Of a stretch of 59,914 bases of DNA, positions 47,154-57,298 are shown piece by piece (position 1 is the first letter of the stretch; each line of letters starts with the position of its first letter). This DNA is from an uncultured Bacilli bacterium. Lineage in GTDB: Bacteria > Bacillota_I > Bacilli_A > RF39 > UBA660. Below the pieces are notes generated by a model that had not been told where the DNA came from, did no database searches, and saw only the letters and a list, made by a program, of their open reading frames with translations. A program made the position numbers and the translations under genes. The stretch covers positions 1 to 59,914 of the forward strand of contig CALVUY010000001.1 of NCBI GenBank assembly GCA_944363705.1, written 5' to 3'.

Positions 47154-48061
47154 AAGATTGTATATAGAAGTAAGGCAATGGCAGTTTCTATGATTCTTCC
47201 AAAGAAGAAGTATTTATATTCTAAATCTTCTTCTTTTATATTATTTAGAACCTGTAAGTGAACTGAAAAACTACCAAAGGTTATAAAGGTTAAGACAATT
47301 AATCCTCTTATATAGTTAGTAGTATTAATACTAGGTACTAAACTAATACCACTAGTCATATCAAGTATTCCTGTAATGATAGTTTCAAAGAATGGGTTTA
47401 GTGATAGAAAAGATGTAAGTAGTTTACTAAAAAACATAAAGAAGGTAATACTTCCTAACATAAATAAAAGTAATTTAATAGCATCATTTATCGCTTTAGG
47501 TAATGCTTCTAGAAAAGATTTATTTTGATAATTATTTATTTTTTTAGAAGAGATAATCTCTTTAGGCCTTAAAATAATACCAAGAATTAGATTAGATATA
47601 ATCTGTATTATTAATATTTTATAAGCAAGGGATAGACTATTTAAAATAAGACCACATGTTCCTAAGATAAAAAGGGGATTAGCAAAGTGGGTAAAGGTTA
47701 AGAGGTAATTTGCAGTAAATCTATCAATAGTTTTATTTTTATAACTTTCTACAACATATTTAGAACCACTAGGAAAGCCTGATATTATACTAACTAAAAT
47801 AATAAAAGAACTATTACCTTCGACATGGAATAATCTTTTAAAAATAGGATTTAATTTATTACTTATTTTAGTGGCAATACCTAGTTCTAGTAATAATGAT
47901 GCTAGGACAAAGAAAGGAAATATTGAGGGGAATAATTTAGTTTTAAAGATATTAATACTAGAGATACCACTTTCTATAATTAAAGAGGGATTAATAAAAA
48001 TACCTAGGTAAAGAAATAAAATTATGAGTACGGCAAATAATTCTTGATATTTTTTTTTCAT
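47150..48061 (-). CDS. YlbJ-like nucleoside-recognition (Gate) domain membrane protein
   Basis: 303 aa, polytopic. The N-terminal region resembles the sporulation membrane protein YlbJ family. Adjacent and divergent to a YlbL-like gene. Confidence 0.55.
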   Translation of the reverse strand: MKKKYQELFAVLIILFLYLGIFINPSLIIESGISSINIFKTKLFPSIFPFFVLASLLLELGIATKISNKLNPIFKRLFHVEGNSSFIILVSIISGFPSGSKYVVESYKNKTIDRFTANYLLTFTHFANPLFILGTCGLILNSLSLAYKILIIQIISNLILGIILRPKEIISSKKINNYQNKSFLEALPKAINDAIKLLLFMLGSITFFMFFSKLLTSFLSLNPFFETIITGILDMTSGISLVPSINTTNYIRGLIVLTFITFGSFSVHLQVLNNIKEEDLEYKYFFFGRIIETAIALLLYTIF

Positions 48062-48076
48062 ATTATTACCTTCTTT

Positions 48077-48085
48077 TGGTATAAT
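48077..48085 (+). promoter_or_regulatory. extended -10 element (TGGTATAAT)
   Basis: TGnTATAAT match about 22 nt upstream of ATG 48107. Confidence 0.4.
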
Positions 48086-48106
48086 GTATTAGTAAGGTGT
48101 GATGAT

Positions 48107-49126
48107 ATGCTCAATAAAGTTTATTTAAGAATAAAAAAATTTATGAAAGATTATTATAAGACTATTATATTTTTAATAATTTGTTACTTTGTCTTTACTT
48201 TTCCTTTACCATATTATATTTATGCTGGAGGAGGCACTATTAATATTAATGATAGAGTTGTTGTTGATGGGAGTTCTGATAGTTCTGGGTCTTTAAATTT
48301 CGCTTATGTAAAAGAACTTGAAGGTAATGTAGCATCCTTCATATTAGGTAATATTATTCCAGGATATGATATAGAAAAACAAGAGGATGTAGAGTTAAAT
48401 GAAGAAGAGACTAGTGAAGATATTATGTTTAGGAATAGAATATACTTAGAAAATGCTAATCAAACTGCTATCATGCTAGCTTACCAAAAAGCAGGTAAAG
48501 AGGTAAGTATAAGAGATAAACATTTCTATGTTATTTATGTAGAAGAAAAAGAAGAAGATGGCTTAAGAGTAGGTGATGAGTTAGTAAAAGTTAATGGTAA
48601 AGATATTGAAAATGTTGAAGATTATACTAATGAAATTCAAAACTTTGAAGTAGGAGATAAGATTAATGTAACTGTTATTAGAGATGATAAAAAACGTGAA
48701 GTAACTGCAACTGTTAAAGAAGGGGTAGATTATAAAGTAACAGGTGTTTCTGTTAGTACTATTTATGAATATAAGACTAATCCTAAAGTAGAGCTTAAGT
48801 TTAAAGATAGTGAAGGTGGTCCTAGTGGAGGTTTAATGTTAACACTTGCTATTTATGATAAATTAACTGATGGAGATTTAACTAATGGTCTTAAGATAGT
48901 TGGAACTGGTACTATAAGTAGTGATGGTTCTGTTGGAGAAATTGGTGGTGTTAAATATAAGTTAAATGGAGCGGTAAAAGCTGATGCAGACTTGTTTTTG
49001 GTGCCTAAAGGAGATAATTATAAAGAAGCATTAAAGGAAAAAGAGAAGAACGATTATGATATTGAAATTAAAGCGATAGGGACATTTGATGAAGCGATAT
49101 CTTATCTAGAAAGTTTAGAGTCTTAA
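48107..49126 (+). CDS. PDZ + Lon-protease-C domain membrane protease (YlbL/SepM-like)
   Basis: ATG 48107 (MLNKVYLRIKKFMKDYYKTIIFLIICYF). PDZ segment (GDELVKVNGKDI). Lon_C-like serine motif (GPSGGLMLTLAIYD) and K in GGVKYKL. Confidence 0.75.
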   Translation: MLNKVYLRIKKFMKDYYKTIIFLIICYFVFTFPLPYYIYAGGGTININDRVVVDGSSDSSGSLNFAYVKELEGNVASFILGNIIPGYDIEKQEDVELNEEETSEDIMFRNRIYLENANQTAIMLAYQKAGKEVSIRDKHFYVIYVEEKEEDGLRVGDELVKVNGKDIENVEDYTNEIQNFEVGDKINVTVIRDDKKREVTATVKEGVDYKVTGVSVSTIYEYKTNPKVELKFKDSEGGPSGGLMLTLAIYDKLTDGDLTNGLKIVGTGTISSDGSVGEIGGVKYKLNGAVKADADLFLVPKGDNYKEALKEKEKNDYDIEIKAIGTFDEAISYLESLES

Positions 49127-49130
49127 AAAG

Positions 49131-49164
49131 TCACGGAATAAAATTACGAAATCTCACGGAATAA
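49131..49164 (+). repeat. direct repeat TCACGGAATAA x2 (period 23), flanked by CTTAAAAAGT x2
   Basis: TCACGGAATAA at 49131-49141 and 49154-49164. CTTAAAAAGT at 49122-49131 and 49169-49178. Confidence 0.6.
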
Positions 49165-49259
49165 TTTTCTTAAAAAGTGTCCACTGAAATCCTTAAAAAT
49201 TGTTCATTTGATTTAATAAATTTAAAAATATAGTAAGTTAATAATAGGAGAAGTAAACT

Positions 49260-50171
49260 ATGAGCTTAAGAGACAAAGATTATATGGAAACAATGAGTCT
49301 TTATGAATCAGGTGATTCTACTGGTGTTGTTTCTATAACTGATATGTTAGATAATAAGAATATTAATAAGAATACTGGAGAAGTAAAAATTAGAGAACTT
49401 GCTACTCTCTTGATAAGAGGAGGCTGGAAAGAAAGTTTAAAAGTAAAAAAAGAAAGTTATCCTTTAATACCAAAGAGTTATATCGACTCAATATTAAATG
49501 TAAAACTAGATGAAGAAGAAAAAGTAAGAGATAAGAATAAAATGAATATGTTATTAAAATCTTTAGCAAGAAATGAATCTAGAATAATAAGTAATAAAAC
49601 ACTTATAAGAGATATTAAAGAACATGAAATTAAAAGTAATATTTTATCTAGTAGAACTACACTTTTAGATTATCTAGATTTTTTTGAAAGAATGCATTTA
49701 ATAGAAAATCAAGAGCCATATAGTTCTAATTATCATTCTCCAGAAAGAGTAGGGAAATCAGCTAAAAGACATTTTGTTGATCCCTCTCTTGCTTGTTCTA
49801 TTTTAAATCTCAATGTTGATAAATTAATAGGTGATTTAAACACATTTGGATTTCTCTTTGAAGCTCTTGTAGAAAGAGACTTAAGAATTTATATGGATTA
49901 TTTAGATGGTAAAATATATCATTTTAGAGATAATGTTAGTGGTTTAAAAGTAGATACAATACTAGAATTCGAAGATGGAGAATATGCTGCAGTTGAAATA
50001 AAACTAGGGTATAATGAAGTAGATGATGCCATTAAAAATTTAAAAGAGTTTTATAATAAAATGATTAAAAAACCTAAGTTTATGTGTGTTATAGTTGGAA
50101 TCTTAGAAGCTGCTTATAAAGATCCTGATACTTCTATTTATGTAGTACCAATAACAGCTTTAAAACCATAA
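49260..50171 (+). CDS. DUF4143-containing protein, apparently lacking the N-terminal AAA ATPase domain of its family (possible 5'-truncated remnant)
   Basis: 303 aa. Begins at the family's internal MSLYESGDS block. KRHFVDPSLA and FGFLFEALVERDLRIY are typical of COG1373-type ATPases. No Walker A is present. Confidence 0.55.
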   Translation: MSLRDKDYMETMSLYESGDSTGVVSITDMLDNKNINKNTGEVKIRELATLLIRGGWKESLKVKKESYPLIPKSYIDSILNVKLDEEEKVRDKNKMNMLLKSLARNESRIISNKTLIRDIKEHEIKSNILSSRTTLLDYLDFFERMHLIENQEPYSSNYHSPERVGKSAKRHFVDPSLACSILNLNVDKLIGDLNTFGFLFEALVERDLRIYMDYLDGKIYHFRDNVSGLKVDTILEFEDGEYAAVEIKLGYNEVDDAIKNLKEFYNKMIKKPKFMCVIVGILEAAYKDPDTSIYVVPITALKP

Positions 50172-50175
50172 GAAA

Positions 50176-50203
50176 AAGAGATAAGTTTGTTTGCTTATCT
50201 CTT
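50176..50203. terminator. bidirectional terminator between convergent genes
   Basis: AAGAGATAAG / CTTATCTCTT forms a 10-bp perfect stem with an 8-nt loop, an A-run on the left and a T-run on the right. Confidence 0.75.
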
Positions 50204-52228
50204 TTAAGATGTAGTACTTGGAGTACCAGGAATAACTTCAGTTATATCATCTTCATCTGGTGGTGTTTCTTCAGGAGTATCTGGCTCTATAGGTTCTTCT
50301 GGTTCTGTTGGTACTTCATCTGGTTCTTCAGGTTTAGTGTTCGATGTTGGTGGTTTAGTAGTTGTAGTATTATTGCTACTATCATCTTCAGGTTCAGTAG
50401 AACTAGTTCCACCTGATAATGTTAATACAACGCTACCACTTATTAAGTCTATTCTCTTATTAGCAGGAAGACTTTGACTAACTACATAGCCACTGTTTCC
50501 TTTAAATGTAACTCTTATTCCATGAGCATTTGCATAACTTTCCGCTTGACTCATACTATCTCCAGTAAAGTCAGGTAATAAATCATAGGTAAATGCTGTT
50601 TTGTAAGGACCTGTTCCAGTTACAGTTTTCTCATAATCTTCATCGTTAATAGAGAAAGAGAATTCTTTAATCATTTCAGGTTCTTCTTGTTCAAGATTAA
50701 CTTTCATCGCTTTTACAATATCATCTCTACTTGCAGTATTTGGTACATAATCCCATAAAACCATTCTACTTCTCTCATCATAAATCATTTGACCAGTACC
50801 ATCTAAATATAATTGTTCAATATTAATAAGATCAGCATCATCTTTTTGTAAAGAATTATTCATTATGTCTTTAGCAATATCATAGAATGATAAAATTTGT
50901 TGTTCTGTAAAGTTGGTATCAAGATTATTAGTAACAGTATTTAATACATCCATAACTTGATTAATACTCTTCATATCTTTAACTTTATTTAATATTCCCT
51001 CGATAACTAATTGTTGATTTAAGCCTCTATCTAAATCTCCTGCTGCAAGTTGTTTTCTATTTCTTGCAAGGACTAAAGCTTGTTCTCCATTCAATGTTTG
51101 AACTCCTGCATTGATACAAACTTGTCCTTCACGGTTAGAATTATCAGTACATAAGTCTTGAGGAACTTCTACAGTAATACCGCCTAATGTATCAACTAAA
51201 CTAACTAAACCTTTAAAATTAATTTTAGCATAATAATCAATTGTAACATCAAAATAGTTTTCAATGGTATCCATCATACAGTCAGTACCATAAGCGGCAG
51301 CATGGGTTATTTTATTTTCAGGAGTACCACTCCAACATGCTATTGGAACATAACTATCTCTTGGAATACTTAACATTGTAGCATTTAAAGTATTAGGATT
51401 AAAAGTAACTAATATTAAACTATCACCATTTGCAACAGTATTCTTAGATAAACCTTCTTCAGCAGAGTCAACACCCATTAAAAGAATAGTAAATGGTTCT
51501 GTTACAGATTTACCAGCAGAAGATTCTCTATTACTAGTACTTGCTTTTTTCATTTCTTTTTCTTTAGTTAAGATAATTTTTGTATCATCTTTAATAGTTT
51601 GATATGTTTCAATACTAGCAAACATAGAAGGATAATCAGTTGGAACAAAGATTGAATCAACTTCACCTTCATATAAATCTGCCATTGCTGTAAAGTAATC
51701 ATCATATTCAACAATTTCATTTTCATCTTTTAGATTATTTTCATCAATTACTTCATTTGGAATAATATTTCCTTCAGGGGATGATTCATCAGAAAGTATT
51801 CCTATTGTATTATCTTTTAAGTCTTTAATATCTGCTATTTCACTACTACTTGGTACAATTAAACTACTAGAGTAGGTAACAGTATCTCTATTAATACTAG
51901 AAAGTGTACCATAAGCATACATTATCAAACCACTAATTGCACAGTTTATAATTAGATATAATATTAAAAAGAATGTTAATAATCTTGCTTTTTTTTCTTT
52001 ATGTCGTCTTTTAGATCTAACTTTAAAAATAATTATTAAATCAAAAACAACAAATATTCCTATAATAATATATCTTATTACTTCTTCAATCGGTCCTAAT
52101 AAAAGGATATTATATATGGCAAAAAGATTACTTAATATAACAATAATACTTAGTATCGCAAGCCATAATCTACATTTCTTCTTTTTCTTATCTTTTTTTT
52201 CTTCAGTATTCTCTTTATTCTTTCTCAT
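50204..52228 (-). CDS. LytR-CpsA-Psr (LCP) family cell-wall glycopolymer ligase with PASTA-like domain and Pro/Thr/Glu-rich tail
   Basis: 674 aa. Basic N-terminus plus TM helices. LCP blocks FTILLMGVDS, GDSLILVTFNP, SIPRDSYV and LARNRK. C-terminal low-complexity PEEPDEVPTEPEEP. Confidence 0.85.
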   Translation of the reverse strand: MRKNKENTEEKKDKKKKKCRLWLAILSIIVILSNLFAIYNILLLGPIEEVIRYIIIGIFVVFDLIIIFKVRSKRRHKEKKARLLTFFLILYLIINCAISGLIMYAYGTLSSINRDTVTYSSSLIVPSSSEIADIKDLKDNTIGILSDESSPEGNIIPNEVIDENNLKDENEIVEYDDYFTAMADLYEGEVDSIFVPTDYPSMFASIETYQTIKDDTKIILTKEKEMKKASTSNRESSAGKSVTEPFTILLMGVDSAEEGLSKNTVANGDSLILVTFNPNTLNATMLSIPRDSYVPIACWSGTPENKITHAAAYGTDCMMDTIENYFDVTIDYYAKINFKGLVSLVDTLGGITVEVPQDLCTDNSNREGQVCINAGVQTLNGEQALVLARNRKQLAAGDLDRGLNQQLVIEGILNKVKDMKSINQVMDVLNTVTNNLDTNFTEQQILSFYDIAKDIMNNSLQKDDADLINIEQLYLDGTGQMIYDERSRMVLWDYVPNTASRDDIVKAMKVNLEQEEPEMIKEFSFSINDEDYEKTVTGTGPYKTAFTYDLLPDFTGDSMSQAESYANAHGIRVTFKGNSGYVVSQSLPANKRIDLISGSVVLTLSGGTSSTEPEDDSSNNTTTTKPPTSNTKPEEPDEVPTEPEEPIEPDTPEETPPDEDDITEVIPGTPSTTS

Positions 52229-52406
52229 TAAATGACCTCCACGTAAACAAAAAACTATACCTTATAATTATAGACTATAATTTTCTATCTTTCAACCTCT
52301 ATACTTTTGTTTGTATTGTAAAGTTGACGGTTAATTGTATCTTTTTTAGAGAAATTTGTAGAATATTCTGTTATAATGTAAATAGAAGGATAGGAGTTGA
52401 TAGTGT

Positions 52407-54224
52407 ATGAAGAAGTTAATTAGTATTTTACTCATCTTTGTTATGCTTTTTACTTTTATTCCTGTTGTTAATGCAAGTAGTTATATAGTGTTAAATACTA
52501 ATAAATATTTTAGAGAGAAACCTGGTGGTTCTTTAATTACAGGTGTTACGGATGGAGTATTAGTAGCAGGTACTAAAGTTGATGTGATTAGTACTGATGG
52601 TAAGAGTGGTCATGGTTGTAAGAATGCTTGGTATAAGGTTAGGTATAATGACTTAGAAGGATATATTTGTTCAAGTGACCAGGCAATTATTGATGTCGCT
52701 GATGTAGACCTTAATGGGGATTTTGAAAAGGAAATGTTAAGTAAAGGATTTGGGGAGAGTTACCTACCTTATTTAAAGGCAATACATGAAAAGCATCCTA
52801 ACTGGATATTTACTCCTATATCTATTGGTGTTTCTTTTGATGAAGCGGTTACTAATGAGAGTTATGGAGAGATTAGTTTAGTAGATGGAACTGATGAGAC
52901 TTTAAGAAGTAAAGAATGGCCATATTATCAAAATGGTACATATAAACAAATAGAACCAGGTTGGTATGTGGCAAGTAGAGATACAGTATCTTATTATTTA
53001 GATCCTAGAAACTTTTTATCAGAACAATATATCTTTATGTTTGAAAACTTAAAATATAATTCATCTATTCAAACAGAGGATGCTGTTAGAGGGGTTACTA
53101 GTGGAACTTTCTTAAATACTAATGAATACATAAATATCTTAATGAAGACTGCTAGAACTTATAATGTTAGTCCAGTATACCTTGCTAGTAGAATTAGACA
53201 AGAAAAGGGTAGTACTGATAGTATTTCTACAACAGGAGGTAGTTTTACTTTCTCAGTTGATAATAGTTGTTTAAATAATTTAGGTTATGCAAGTAATCCT
53301 GATAGTTGGAATGCCCTTAACTCTTGTGGTAATGGTAAGACTTATAGTGGTATTTATAACTACTTCAATATAGGTGCTTATAGTTCTTATCAGTCTCCAC
53401 AAATTAGAGGCTTGATATGGGCAAATGGAGGATATGATGCTTCTGTTACTAGTTATTTAAGACCATGGAATAGTAAAGAAAGAGCAATTATGGGTGGTAC
53501 TAAATATATTGCAAGTAAATATATTAATGCTAATCAAAATACTCTATATTATCAAAAGTTTAATGTATCACCTGATGCAGTTTACCCTATGTATACACAT
53601 CAATATATGACTAATATAAGGGCTCATTCACAGGAAGCATATAGTATTTATAAAAGTTATAAGAATAATAATCTTTTAAATAATGCTTATGAATTTCTAA
53701 TACCTGTTTATAATAATATGCCTAATGATAATGAAGTGATTTTACCTGATGATGATAATGAAGAAGAAATAGTTACAACTCCTGATATTGATGTAAATAC
53801 TGGTGTTGTTGCATCTGGTTTTAAGATAGATGGAGATGTTATTTCTAATATTTCTTTTAATACTAATATAGATACTATTAATAGTAAGTTAAGTAGTATT
53901 AATGCTAATTTAAAAGTTACTAGTTACTTAGATAGATATGGAAATAAGGCTAGTGGTAATGTTGGCACTGGAGATACTTTAGTAATTAGTAATGGTTCTA
54001 CTACTAAGTCTTATAGAGTTGTTATCTATGGTGATAATAATGGTGATGGTAAGACTAGTATTGTTGATTTATTAAGAGTTCAAAAAGATATTTTAGGAAG
54101 CAGTAATTTATCTACATATGATAGACGTGCTAGTGATACTAATAAAGATGGCAAAGTTGATGTAGTAGACTTATTAAGAGTTCAAAAACAAATACTTGGT
54201 AATAGTACAATAGAACAGGGGTGA
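52407..54224 (+). CDS. secreted peptidoglycan hydrolase (SH3b + glucosaminidase/GH73-like) with C-terminal dockerin
   Basis: 605 aa. Signal peptide, SH3b-like WYKVRYNDLEGYICSS, central glucosaminidase-like region (ASRIRQEKGS, YNYFNIGAY). Duplicated calcium-binding dockerin segments GDNNGDGKTSIVDLLRVQKDILG and DTNKDGKVDVVDLLRVQKQILG. Confidence 0.65.
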   Translation: MKKLISILLIFVMLFTFIPVVNASSYIVLNTNKYFREKPGGSLITGVTDGVLVAGTKVDVISTDGKSGHGCKNAWYKVRYNDLEGYICSSDQAIIDVADVDLNGDFEKEMLSKGFGESYLPYLKAIHEKHPNWIFTPISIGVSFDEAVTNESYGEISLVDGTDETLRSKEWPYYQNGTYKQIEPGWYVASRDTVSYYLDPRNFLSEQYIFMFENLKYNSSIQTEDAVRGVTSGTFLNTNEYINILMKTARTYNVSPVYLASRIRQEKGSTDSISTTGGSFTFSVDNSCLNNLGYASNPDSWNALNSCGNGKTYSGIYNYFNIGAYSSYQSPQIRGLIWANGGYDASVTSYLRPWNSKERAIMGGTKYIASKYINANQNTLYYQKFNVSPDAVYPMYTHQYMTNIRAHSQEAYSIYKSYKNNNLLNNAYEFLIPVYNNMPNDNEVILPDDDNEEEIVTTPDIDVNTGVVASGFKIDGDVISNISFNTNIDTINSKLSSINANLKVTSYLDRYGNKASGNVGTGDTLVISNGSTTKSYRVVIYGDNNGDGKTSIVDLLRVQKDILGSSNLSTYDRRASDTNKDGKVDVVDLLRVQKQILGNSTIEQG

Positions 54225-54229
54225 TTAAC

Positions 54230-55555
54230 TTGAAAAAAATATTATTTATATTAGGACTTAGCTTCCTTTTCTTTTGCCCTCATGTAGTAGAGGCTGCCTC
54301 TATTTCTGTGGCGGGGACTACTGCAACTGGAACAGTTGGAGGCAATATTACAGTAGGGGTTACTATAAGTGAAAGTAGTGGTTTAGGAAGTTGGGAATTT
54401 AGTTTAGATTATGATAGTAATAAACTACAACTTTTAAGTGGTAATACCCATGTAGTTGGTTATGTCGATGGACAAGGTCAAACTAGTCAAAGCTATACTT
54501 ATACTTTTAGAGTTAAAGGTACTGGTTCTACTACTATATCTGTAGTAAATACCTCTATCGCTTCATGGGATGAAGTAGTTACTAGTCCAACTGATAGTAC
54601 AACTATTAATTTAATTAGTAGACAAGAAGTAGAGAAAAATTATAGTAGTGATAACAATCTTGCTAGTCTTGAAGTAGAAGGCCTTACTTTAAGTCCAGAA
54701 TTTAATAAAAATACAACAAGTTATACAGTGGAAGCAGAAGCTGGAACTACTAATGTTACGGTTAATGCTAAAGCAAGTGATAGTAAAGCTAGTATAAGTG
54801 GTACAGGAGATGTAGAAGTTCATGAGGGTGCTAATACTATAAATGTTGTGGTAGAAGCAGAAAATGGTTCTACTAAAACTTATACAATAGTAGTTAATGT
54901 TAAAGAAAAAGATCCTATAAATGTAAAAGTTAATAAAGATAACTTAAGTGTCGTTAGAAAAACTGATGAGTTAACAGACTTAATTAAAGATTATTATGTA
55001 GATACAACTGTTAAAATTAATGATGAAGAAGTTCCTGCTTATAAAATAGAAGCCTTAGATATTACTTTAGTCGCTTTAAAAGATGAGAAAGGTAATATTA
55101 AGTTTTATATCTATGATGATGGAGAATATACTTTATATCAAGAGTTAGGTAGTGATTTACTTACTATTCATCTTTTAGATAATGGTAAAATTCCTCCTAA
55201 CTATAAAAAATATACAGTTAATATAGATGGAGAAGAATATACAGTTTATAAACTAAATAAAAAGTCTAAATACTATTTAGTATATGGTGAGAATGTAGAA
55301 ACAGGTAAAAAAGGATTATATTTATATGATAGTGTTGATAAGACTATACAAAGATATTATACTGAAGATGCAGATAGTTTAAAAGATGAGTTAACAATTA
55401 ATTCTTATATAATAGTTGGTCTTACTTGTTTAATAGTTTTATTATTAATAATTTTCTTAATAGCTTTACATACTAAGAATAGTGATAAAAGAAGAAAAAG
55501 AAAAGAAATTAAAAAAAGATTAAAACAAGAAAAGAATGATTTTTTGAAAGATTAG
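54230..55555 (+). CDS. membrane-anchored cohesin-domain protein with cadherin-like beta-sandwich domain
   Basis: TTG 54230 (MKKILFILGLSFLFF..VEA signal) sits 7 nt after GGGGTG. The track start is GTG 54221. Cohesin-like block GGNITVGVTISESSGLGSWEFSLDYDSNKLQL, the NNLASLEVEG...TYTIVVNV cadherin-like module, and a C-terminal TM plus KRRKRK anchor. Confidence 0.65.
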   Translation: MKKILFILGLSFLFFCPHVVEAASISVAGTTATGTVGGNITVGVTISESSGLGSWEFSLDYDSNKLQLLSGNTHVVGYVDGQGQTSQSYTYTFRVKGTGSTTISVVNTSIASWDEVVTSPTDSTTINLISRQEVEKNYSSDNNLASLEVEGLTLSPEFNKNTTSYTVEAEAGTTNVTVNAKASDSKASISGTGDVEVHEGANTINVVVEAENGSTKTYTIVVNVKEKDPINVKVNKDNLSVVRKTDELTDLIKDYYVDTTVKINDEEVPAYKIEALDITLVALKDEKGNIKFYIYDDGEYTLYQELGSDLLTIHLLDNGKIPPNYKKYTVNIDGEEYTVYKLNKKSKYYLVYGENVETGKKGLYLYDSVDKTIQRYYTEDADSLKDELTINSYIIVGLTCLIVLLLIIFLIALHTKNSDKRRKRKEIKKRLKQEKNDFLKD

Positions 55556-55565
55556 GAGTGTAATT

Positions 55566-56204
55566 ATGGAAGTTAAACATCATAGTAAAAAGTTAGGAAT
55601 AATGATACTTATTGGTTTTTTATTAATTGTTATAGGAATTATATCCTATATTATTATAAATTATAATAGTGATCAAGCTGAAGTTAAGAAGAGAATGGAA
55701 ACGGTTAGAGATTCTTATGAGGCTTTTAAAACAAATGTAGAATCTTTTAATAGTATTAGAGATAATATTTATACTAATGTTTTCACAGATGATATGTATT
55801 ATCAAACTCTAAAAGATAATGATGCTAGTTTTAAAGAGTTATTTAATAATTATAAGGATAATTTAGATAAAATTGATAAAGATTATGATGATGTAAAAGA
55901 TAAATGCATTAATGTTTTACATCCTGAAGCAGATGTTAATAATAAGTGTGAAGCGATTGTTTCTTCTTATGAAGAAGTTGTTAATACTTATATAAGTGAT
56001 GTTAATAATTATAATAACTTAATCACTTCTTATAATAAATGGTTAAGTGATACTAATAGTAGTGATACTAAATTAGAGGAAATAAAGTTAGATAGAGACT
56101 ATATAGATATAAATGGTGATAGAGAGTATAATGGTAAAAAAGATGTAGAACAAGAAATAAGTGATGAGGAAGAGGATAATACAGGAGTGGTACCTGATGA
56201 ATAA
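55566..56204 (+). CDS. single-pass membrane protein with Asp/Asn-rich helical ectodomain, unknown function
   Basis: 212 aa. One N-terminal TM helix. No recognised motif. Confidence 0.5.
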   Translation: MEVKHHSKKLGIMILIGFLLIVIGIISYIIINYNSDQAEVKKRMETVRDSYEAFKTNVESFNSIRDNIYTNVFTDDMYYQTLKDNDASFKELFNNYKDNLDKIDKDYDDVKDKCINVLHPEADVNNKCEAIVSSYEEVVNTYISDVNNYNNLITSYNKWLSDTNSSDTKLEEIKLDRDYIDINGDREYNGKKDVEQEISDEEEDNTGVVPDE

Positions 56205-57282
56205 GAATGACTTAGATAAGACAATTCTAATGCCTAGTATTGCTAGTGAAATAAAAAAAGAAAAAAGAAAAGAGAAGAAATTAGTTACAAAAATAATAAT
56301 TGCTCTATTTATAATAGGAAGTTCTTTTTCTTTGTTTCTTTTTTATGGTCCAATTGATGGTTTTCGTAATTTTTGGATAACTTCAGCGATGACTTCTATG
56401 TCTCATCAATACTTGGCTACTTGGTTTTATAATGATGATGTTATTAATGAAGTACTATCTAATAATCACATAATTGAAGTAGATGAAAATACTAATCCTG
56501 ATTTAATTAATTTTAAAGATTATGATTCTGATGCTAAGATTTATAAAAATGAATATGAAAAACAAATATTAACAAAGGACCCAGGTAACGATTTATATAA
56601 AGTTATTGAAGTTAGTGGTAGTGGTTATCAAGGTTATTTAGTAGCGATATATGATCCGTCAAGAGTTTCTATTGCGACAACTGCTTATCTTGGTAAAAGA
56701 GGAGAAGCGATTACAACGGTTGCAAAGAGGGAAAATGCTATAATTGCTATTAATGCTGGAGGCTTTTATGACCCTGATTGGAATAGTAATGGAGCCTTAC
56801 CTCATGGAACAGTTATTAAAAATGGAAAGATTGTAAGCGACTATGAAGATGCTGCTATGGGTGGTGGCTTTGTAGGATTTACTAACGATAATAAACTAGT
56901 ACTTGGTAAGATGAGTGCAGAAGAAGCACTTGCTATGGATATTAGAGATGCCATTGAGTTTGGACCTTTCTTAATAGTTAATGGTAAGAGTAGTTTTGTT
57001 AAAGGTAATGGTGGTTGGGGTATTGCACCTCGTACTGCTATTGGTCAAAGAGAAGATGGTATAGTATTATTCTTAGTAATTAATGGACGTCTTGCAACAT
57101 CTATTGGTGCTGATATGGGCGATTTAACAGAGATAATGGAAAACTATGGTGCTGTTAATGCTGCTAATATGGATGGTGGAAGTTCTAGTGCTTTAGTTAT
57201 CAATAATGAAATTATCAATACACCAGTTGCAGGTGGTGACAATGGTTTAAGAGATATACCAACATTTTGGATAGTTAAGTAA
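56197..57282 (+). CDS. phosphodiester glycosidase (NAGPA/DUF2233) family protein
   Basis: ATG 56197 follows AGGAG and overlaps the upstream stop. N-terminal TM helix. AINAGGFYD, PRTAIGQREDG and NMDGGSSS blocks. Confidence 0.75.
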   Translation: MNKNDLDKTILMPSIASEIKKEKRKEKKLVTKIIIALFIIGSSFSLFLFYGPIDGFRNFWITSAMTSMSHQYLATWFYNDDVINEVLSNNHIIEVDENTNPDLINFKDYDSDAKIYKNEYEKQILTKDPGNDLYKVIEVSGSGYQGYLVAIYDPSRVSIATTAYLGKRGEAITTVAKRENAIIAINAGGFYDPDWNSNGALPHGTVIKNGKIVSDYEDAAMGGGFVGFTNDNKLVLGKMSAEEALAMDIRDAIEFGPFLIVNGKSSFVKGNGGWGIAPRTAIGQREDGIVLFLVINGRLATSIGADMGDLTEIMENYGAVNAANMDGGSSSALVINNEIINTPVAGGDNGLRDIPTFWIVK

Positions 57283-57298
57283 ATTAACTATCCTTTAT

